Below, one piece after another: positions 15,319 through 19,864 of a stretch of 19,864 nt of DNA. The stretch's first letter is position 1; the number at the start of each line of letters is the position of its first letter. Location of the stretch: NCBI GenBank assembly GCA_937968065.1, contig CALBUD010000017.1, positions 1-19,864 of the forward strand, written 5' to 3'. The position numbers were made by a program, and so were the translations under genes. The DNA comes from Candidatus Iainarchaeum sp. (GTDB lineage: Archaea; Iainarchaeota; Iainarchaeia; Iainarchaeales; CSSED10-239). A model generated the notes under the pieces. That model searched no databases and was not told where the DNA came from. It saw only the letters and a list, made by a program, of their open reading frames with translations.

Positions 15319-16380
15319 ATGAAAAAAGACGAAATTGAAGATGAAGAATTAAAAAAACTAGTCGAAGATGATTTTAGTTTTTTTGAAGATGATTTTGAAG
15401 ACACTTCTTCATCTAATAAAAAACCTTCAAAAGAAGACTTAAATATAGTTGTAAAACCAAAAAAAGAAGAAAAAAAAATAGTTGTAAAACCAAAAAAACA
15501 AGAAGTTGAAAAAACAGAAGAAAAAAAGAAAAATCAACAACCACACAAAACAATTAAAGAAGAAAAAAAGAAAATAGAAAAAAAAATAGAAATAAAAGAA
15601 GGAAAAAAAACGAAAAATAAAGAAACTGATGAAAATAAAGAAAATATAAAATTAATGATTGGTCTACTTATAATATTTGTATTAATATTATTAGCAGGAC
15701 TTTACGTCTACATTACTTATAAGCCTATTATTTTAGAAAATCTAGATAACAAATTAAGTGAAGAAGAATGTTCAGATGAAGAAGATTTTTATTTTTTTTC
15801 AGCTTTAGAAAATTGTACACCTATAGAATATATTAAAACAACAGAAAATTTAGGATTCTTAACACTATACACAAAATTAGAAAATAATTATTTTATAAAA
15901 GGTTATAATCAAGAAAATAAATGTGAAATTGAAATAACAACAATTGATGCAAAAGTATCTTATGATTTACAAGAAATTTTAACATTTATTGAAAACCCTA
16001 AAAATAAAGAAAATATTTATTATCAATATTTATTAATATCTAATTTTGATGAAAACTTTGAAGAAAATATAGATCCAACAGAAGATAAAATAAATGAAGC
16101 AGTTTTATATATAAAAGAACAAATTATTAATTATTATAGTACTTTAAGTGTTGAAGAACTAAATCAATTAAAAGAAACAGAAAACGAAATTCAAGAAGCT
16201 TATAAAAATAATGTAGAAACTTGTTTTTTTGAAGATACAGATAAATTAAAAAAATTATTAAAAGATAAATTTAAAGGAATAATACAAGAGGTACATATAA
16301 CTACTAAATTTAATTTAGAAACAGGAAAATCAGAAACAACAGCTACATATGATGGTGGAAAATGTATAAGTGTAAATTAA
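15319..16380 (+). CDS. Hypothetical single-pass membrane protein with a highly charged Lys/Glu-rich N-terminal region containing a tandem repeat, one TM helix, and a Cys-containing C-terminal domain
   Basis: The 353-aa ORF has an acidic DDFSFFEDDFED segment and a repeated IVVKPKK unit. A long K/E tract follows, then the TM helix IKLMIGLLIIFVLILLAGLYVYITY, then a 215-aa domain with 5 Cys. I recognise no family. Confidence 0.7.
   Translation: MKKDEIEDEELKKLVEDDFSFFEDDFEDTSSSNKKPSKEDLNIVVKPKKEEKKIVVKPKKQEVEKTEEKKKNQQPHKTIKEEKKKIEKKIEIKEGKKTKNKETDENKENIKLMIGLLIIFVLILLAGLYVYITYKPIILENLDNKLSEEECSDEEDFYFFSALENCTPIEYIKTTENLGFLTLYTKLENNYFIKGYNQENKCEIEITTIDAKVSYDLQEILTFIENPKNKENIYYQYLLISNFDENFEENIDPTEDKINEAVLYIKEQIINYYSTLSVEELNQLKETENEIQEAYKNNVETCFFEDTDKLKKLLKDKFKGIIQEVHITTKFNLETGKSETTATYDGGKCISVN
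15445..15510 (+). repeat. 33-nt tandem duplication within coding sequence (21-nt perfect core ATAGTTGTAAAACCAAAAAAA, two copies)
   Basis: Copies lie at 15445-15477 and 15478-15510. Their first 21 nt are identical, and they are codon-aligned (IVVKPKKEEKK / IVVKPKKQEVE). Confidence 0.85.
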
Positions 16381-17537
16381 AAATTAAAAATTTCACTTAA
16401 ACTTATAGCTTGTAAAATTAAATCTTTTTCTTTTAAAATATTTTTTTCAATATCAACTATTTCTTTAATTTCTGTTTTTGTTTTAGGATGCTTTGAAATC
16501 ATGTAAGAACAACAATCTGGATATGGTTCTATTGAGATTTGAAAAGTATTTATTTTTTTTGCAATTAAAATTATTTCGTTTTTATCAAAAGTTATTAATG
16601 GAGATAAAACCGGTAATTCAGAAGCCTTATAAATTGCAGAAATATTTTCAATAGTTTGAGACGCAACTTGTCCAACATTATCTCCAGTAATTATTGCTGT
16701 TGTTTTTTCTTTTTTTGCAATTTCGTTTAAGATTTTAAACATATATCTTCTATATATAATCATTCTATAACTAGAATGTACATTTGAAATTATTTCTTTT
16801 TGAATATTTGAAAAGGGGATAATATATAATTTTGTATTTATTTGATATTTACTTAATTCTTTAACTATTTTTTTTATTTTTTCAAGAATTTGTTTTTTAA
16901 CTAAAGTGTTGTTATATATATGTACAAAAGTTACAGGACAACCTCTTTTCATAAAAAGATATGCACTTACAGGACTATCAATTCCTCCAGATAAAGAACA
17001 AATTACTTTTGAACCAGAACCTATTGGAAGTCCACCTAATCCTTTTATTTTTTCAATAAAAAGAAATATTTCTTTTTCTATAACTTCTACGTATAAAACT
17101 AACTCTGGGTTTTTTACATCTACTTTTTTATTTAATTTTGTAATTATTTCTTCTCCTAATAAAACATTAATTTGTGGGGAAGTATATTTATAATTTTTAT
17201 TACTTCTTTTAGCATCTACTTTAAAAGAATTAAAATTAAAATTATTTAATAATTCTATAGATGTTTTTTTTACATCATTAATCTCTAATGTAGAATTTTT
17301 AACTAATGAAAAATGAGCAATGCCTGGTATTTTTTGCAAATTTTCTTTAATTAATAATAATTGTTGTTCAGTTATTTTTTTCTCAAAAAAAATATAGATA
17401 AGACCATATTTTCTAATTATTTTATATTTTTTATTTAAACTATTATTTATATGTGTAATTAGTTTATTTTCAAAAAAAACACGATTATTACCTTTAATAG
17501 CAATTTCATTATAATGAATAATTATTCCATCGTACAT
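16377..17537 (-). CDS. thiI: tRNA 4-thiouridine synthase ThiI (THUMP plus PP-loop ATP pyrophosphatase, no rhodanese domain)
   Basis: The N-terminal ferredoxin-like/THUMP region includes IIHYNEIAIKGNNRVFFE and FKVDAKRSNKNY. The PP-loop is SLSGGIDSPVSAYLFMKRGC. Also present are ITGDNVGQVASQT and PYPDCCSYM. Confidence 0.9.
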   Translation of the reverse strand: MYDGIIIHYNEIAIKGNNRVFFENKLITHINNSLNKKYKIIRKYGLIYIFFEKKITEQQLLLIKENLQKIPGIAHFSLVKNSTLEINDVKKTSIELLNNFNFNSFKVDAKRSNKNYKYTSPQINVLLGEEIITKLNKKVDVKNPELVLYVEVIEKEIFLFIEKIKGLGGLPIGSGSKVICSLSGGIDSPVSAYLFMKRGCPVTFVHIYNNTLVKKQILEKIKKIVKELSKYQINTKLYIIPFSNIQKEIISNVHSSYRMIIYRRYMFKILNEIAKKEKTTAIITGDNVGQVASQTIENISAIYKASELPVLSPLITFDKNEIILIAKKINTFQISIEPYPDCCSYMISKHPKTKTEIKEIVDIEKNILKEKDLILQAISLSEIFNF

Positions 17538-17568
17538 ATATTATTTAATGTTACTAAAACAATAAATA

Positions 17569-17625
17569 ATGTTGTTTTTAGTTTAAAAAAGAGTGTTATG
17601 TTGTTTTTTTAGATTTAAAAAAGAA
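17569..17625 (+). repeat. Imperfect tandem direct repeat (ATGTTG-T5/7-AG(A)TTT-A6-GA), two copies 29 nt apart
   Basis: R1 at 17569-17593 is ATGTTGTTTTTAGTTTAAAAAAGAG. R2 at 17598-17625 is ATGTTGTTTTTTTAGATTTAAAAAAGAA. They lie in the 206-nt thiI/sepF divergent spacer, the longest non-coding stretch in the window. Confidence 0.6.
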
Positions 17626-17730
17626 AGAATATTAGTTTTTTAGAAAAACTCTTGAAAAATGAAAAATACATTTTGTATTTAAATATTTTGGTATATAATT
17701 ATAATAGAAATAATATTTATTATAAAACCT

Positions 17731-17737
17731 GAGGTGG
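17731..17737 (+). promoter_or_regulatory. Shine-Dalgarno-like ribosome-binding site for sepF
   Basis: GAGGTGG sits 6 nt upstream of ATG 17744. It is the only strong purine-rich SD-like element I found upstream of any gene in the window. Confidence 0.6.
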
Positions 17738-17743
17738 AGAAAA

Positions 17744-18094
17744 ATGGCCTTTTTAGATAAAATGTTCAATAAAAAAGAAGAAATTGATATAGACGAATTC
17801 TTAAACAACATGGATGTTGATGATGTTCCTGAAGATGTAGACTTCTATGTAAAACCAATCAGTCTACAATCAAATAACGAAGTAGAAGCAACAATTAAAG
17901 AACTTAAAGAAAGAAATTTTGTTATTTTAGATATAGAAGGAATCTCAAAAAGAAATCCACAAAGAGCAAAACAATTTGTTGGTCAATTAAAGATGTACTT
18001 AACAGATAAAGGTGGAGATCTTGCAATGATTTCAAAAACAAAACTTTTACTTGTTCCAGAAAAAGTAAAAATTATTAAAAAAATAAACAAATAA
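17744..18094 (+). CDS. sepF: Archaeal cell-division protein SepF (FtsZ membrane anchor)
   Basis: The protein is 116 aa. It has an N-terminal amphipathic segment (MAFLDKMF), an acidic linker (EEIDIDEFLNNMDVDDVPEDVD) and a SepF-core pattern (VKPISLQSNNEVEATIKELKERNFVILDIEGI...GQLKMYLTDKGGDLAMISKTKLLLVPEKVKI). From memory, this aligns well with characterised haloarchaeal SepF. Confidence 0.75.
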   Translation: MAFLDKMFNKKEEIDIDEFLNNMDVDDVPEDVDFYVKPISLQSNNEVEATIKELKERNFVILDIEGISKRNPQRAKQFVGQLKMYLTDKGGDLAMISKTKLLLVPEKVKIIKKINK

Positions 18095-18097
18095 TTT

Positions 18098-18826
18098 ATG
18101 CCTCTTACAAAAAAACGCTTTCCAATAAAGCTTGATCCTAAAGAAGCAGCAGAAATTTTAAAAAAAAATCTTAAAAAAAAAGGATATAATTATGAGATAA
18201 AGAAAGAAGATCTTTATCTTACAATTAAGCCTTATTGGATCTCATTCTATGATATCTTAATAAATAAAGAAAATAAATTTACACATGTTAATAATCAAAT
18301 AGCTCTAAATGCTATTGATAATAAGATTAATGAAAAAGTTATAGAAATATTTAATTATTCAAAACCAATTATTTTAGAGAATATAGATGTTCCTAAAACA
18401 GAAAAAACACAAATAATTATTAAAGAACCTATAATAACTCAAAAAGAAGCAGAAAAATCTATTAAAAAATATCTAATGTATAAATTTAATGTTCTTGAAG
18501 ATCAAGTATCTTTAAGTGGAGTTGAAGAAATTTATGTCCCAAATTGGAAAATAAAATTAGATAAATTTAAATTAAAAATAGATGCTATTAAAGGCGAAGT
18601 TAATAATTTTGATATTATACCACAAAAACAAAAAACAAAAAAAGAACTTTTGTTAGAAGTTTTTGATGATATTAAACATGAAAAAAAATTAAAAGATTAT
18701 TTAAGTGATTTTTTAAAAGGAATTTTAGAAGGCATAAAATTTATAATTACTGGAATTATTAAAAACTATAAAATCGTTTTTTGGATAATAATTATTGCTT
18801 TATTAGTTTATCTAATATTTTTATAA
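18098..18826 (+). CDS. Hypothetical tail-anchored membrane protein with two related alpha/beta modules (PepSY-like pattern)
   Basis: The protein is 242 aa, has no signal peptide, and its last 17 residues are IVFWIIIIALLVYLIFL. There is an internal duplication. Residues 15-25 (KEAAEILKKNL) match 116-126 (KEAEKSIKKYL). Residues 45-52 (PYWISFYD) match 148-155 (PNWKIKLD). IDNKIN matches IDAIKGEVNN. The gene starts 3 nt after sepF. I recognise no family. Confidence 0.7.
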   Translation: MPLTKKRFPIKLDPKEAAEILKKNLKKKGYNYEIKKEDLYLTIKPYWISFYDILINKENKFTHVNNQIALNAIDNKINEKVIEIFNYSKPIILENIDVPKTEKTQIIIKEPIITQKEAEKSIKKYLMYKFNVLEDQVSLSGVEEIYVPNWKIKLDKFKLKIDAIKGEVNNFDIIPQKQKTKKELLLEVFDDIKHEKKLKDYLSDFLKGILEGIKFIITGIIKNYKIVFWIIIIALLVYLIFL

Positions 18827-19736
18827 GTTCTTCTTTGGTTTTTGATTTAGAAATAGAATCTCTAAATTTTGCACAACCTTCTTCTCCTTTTAAAAAAGGA
18901 ATTACAGAAACTTTCATTTTCTGAAAAGATATTGGATATTTTTCTAAGTATTTTAAAAATAAATTAAGTTGAATTTTAAAGTTTTCTTTTTCAAGTAACT
19001 TTCCTTCTTTTGAAAAATAATCTATTTGTTTAAAGATAAAAGGGTTTCTTAAAGCCTCTCTTGCAACCATTAATCCTTTAAAATCAGTTAACTTAAAATA
19101 ATTTTTTTCAGAAACATCTCCATTATATAATATTGGTATTGGAGAGTTATTACTTATTTTTAAAACATCTTCAATTCTTGCATCCATAGAATAATTTTCA
19201 GTTGCAAGTCTTCCATGAATTGAAATTCCAGAAATACCTGTTTTTATTAATTTATTAAAAGTATCTTCAATTTTCTTTTCTGAATAACCTAATCTTGTTT
19301 TTACAGTTATTGGTTTATTTGTAACTTCAACAGCTTCTTTAATAATTGGAAGAATTTTATCTATTTGTTTAAGATTATAGGCTCCAGAATTGCTTCCAGT
19401 AACTTTTGGTGATGGACAACCTACATTTAAATCAATAATATCAAAAAACTTATATTCATCTATAATTTTTATAGCATCAATAGTTTTTTTATTTTTAAAA
19501 TCTCCAAATAATTGAACTCCACAAGGAGATTCTTCTTTTACAGAATCAAGTAAACTTAATTTTGAAAGATTATCTTTATATTCTATAATGTGATTTATGT
19601 TAACCATTTCTGTAAAAGTTAATCCTGTATTATATTGTTTACAAAAAAGCCTAAACGGAAGATGAGTATACTCTTGCATTGGTGCTAAAATTCCTTTATG
19701 CTTTATAGGTACATTTTTAATTTTAAAATAAATCAT
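18792..19736 (-). CDS. dus: tRNA-dihydrouridine synthase (Dus family, FMN TIM barrel)
   Basis: ILAPMQEYTHLPFRLFCKQYNTGLTFTEMV, the catalytic-Cys box IDLNVGCPSPKV, ITVKTRLG, ISIHGR and YNGDV are the Dus family motifs, in the expected order. Confidence 0.9.
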   Translation of the reverse strand: MIYFKIKNVPIKHKGILAPMQEYTHLPFRLFCKQYNTGLTFTEMVNINHIIEYKDNLSKLSLLDSVKEESPCGVQLFGDFKNKKTIDAIKIIDEYKFFDIIDLNVGCPSPKVTGSNSGAYNLKQIDKILPIIKEAVEVTNKPITVKTRLGYSEKKIEDTFNKLIKTGISGISIHGRLATENYSMDARIEDVLKISNNSPIPILYNGDVSEKNYFKLTDFKGLMVAREALRNPFIFKQIDYFSKEGKLLEKENFKIQLNLFLKYLEKYPISFQKMKVSVIPFLKGEEGCAKFRDSISKSKTKEELIKILDKLIKQ

Positions 19737-19864
19737 ATTTAATATATATTAAGAAAAAAATAAAAAGAAGTCTTTTACCTTACAAAAAAGAAATACTTAT
19801 AAATACTTTTAAATAATATTATATATATTAAACTATTTTTAAAAAATTGATTAAATTATGAAAA

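Noticed and set aside
16906-17193. 95-aa plus-strand ORF inside thiI
   Set aside because: It is antisense to the PP-loop region of ThiI, so it is a shadow ORF.
17569-17612. Mini-ORFs MLFLV* and MLFF* that begin each direct repeat, as possible leader peptides
   Set aside because: They are only 4-5 codons long, have no SD-like site, lie more than 100 nt from sepF, and are a trivial consequence of the repeat sequence.
1-19864. Search for tRNA/rRNA/other structured RNAs, C/D-box sRNAs, CRISPR arrays, transposases, integrases and toxin-antitoxin or defence genes
   Set aside because: No G+C-rich islands occur outside coding regions. All local G+C peaks map to conserved protein motifs. The spacers contain no RUGAUGA...CUGA box pairs. 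There are no regularly spaced repeats, and no ORF has a recombinase, nuclease-defence or TA signature. By eye, the window is core housekeeping.

Overview
This is a very AT-rich, tightly packed stretch of an archaeal chromosome. Spot hand counts give about 20-27% G+C in typical segments and up to about 35% in the most conserved coding stretches. Nearly everything is coding. Spacers are mostly 2-130 nt, and several genes overlap (one ATGA start/stop overlap, two TTAA shared stops, one 35-nt convergent overlap).

The gene content is archaeal housekeeping and information processing: RNA polymerase subunits K and L, ribosomal protein eS17, Pelota, primase large subunit PriL, Orc1/Cdc6, exosome Csl4, Sec11-type signal peptidase, Cdc48/VCP, SepF, ThiI, Dus, a DRG-family GTPase, a HemK-related methyltransferase, TatD, an M50 site-2 protease, a SpoIIM-like membrane protein and a bacterial-type GpmI. 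The composition, compaction and shortened proteins suggest a reduced-genome (DPANN-like) archaeon. That assignment is inference only. The standard code is used, with TGA as a stop.

I see no tRNA, rRNA, CRISPR array, transposase, integrase or recognisable defence genes, so this is mostly an ordinary core region.

The observations most worth a second look are:
1. A stand-alone NFACT-R (Rqc2-like) gene lies directly upstream of cdc48, with pelota nearby. This could be an RQC-like module.
2. sepF is followed 3 nt later by an unrecognised tail-anchored protein with an internal domain duplication.
3. The DRG-family GTPase has lost its G3 and G4 motifs.
4. A 153-codon open frame at the left edge contains no start codon.
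5. Short palindromes and direct repeats sit next to orc1/cdc6 and upstream of sepF.
6. An uncharacterised charged, repeat-bearing membrane protein lies divergent from orc1/cdc6.

All functional links are hypotheses. No database search was possible.
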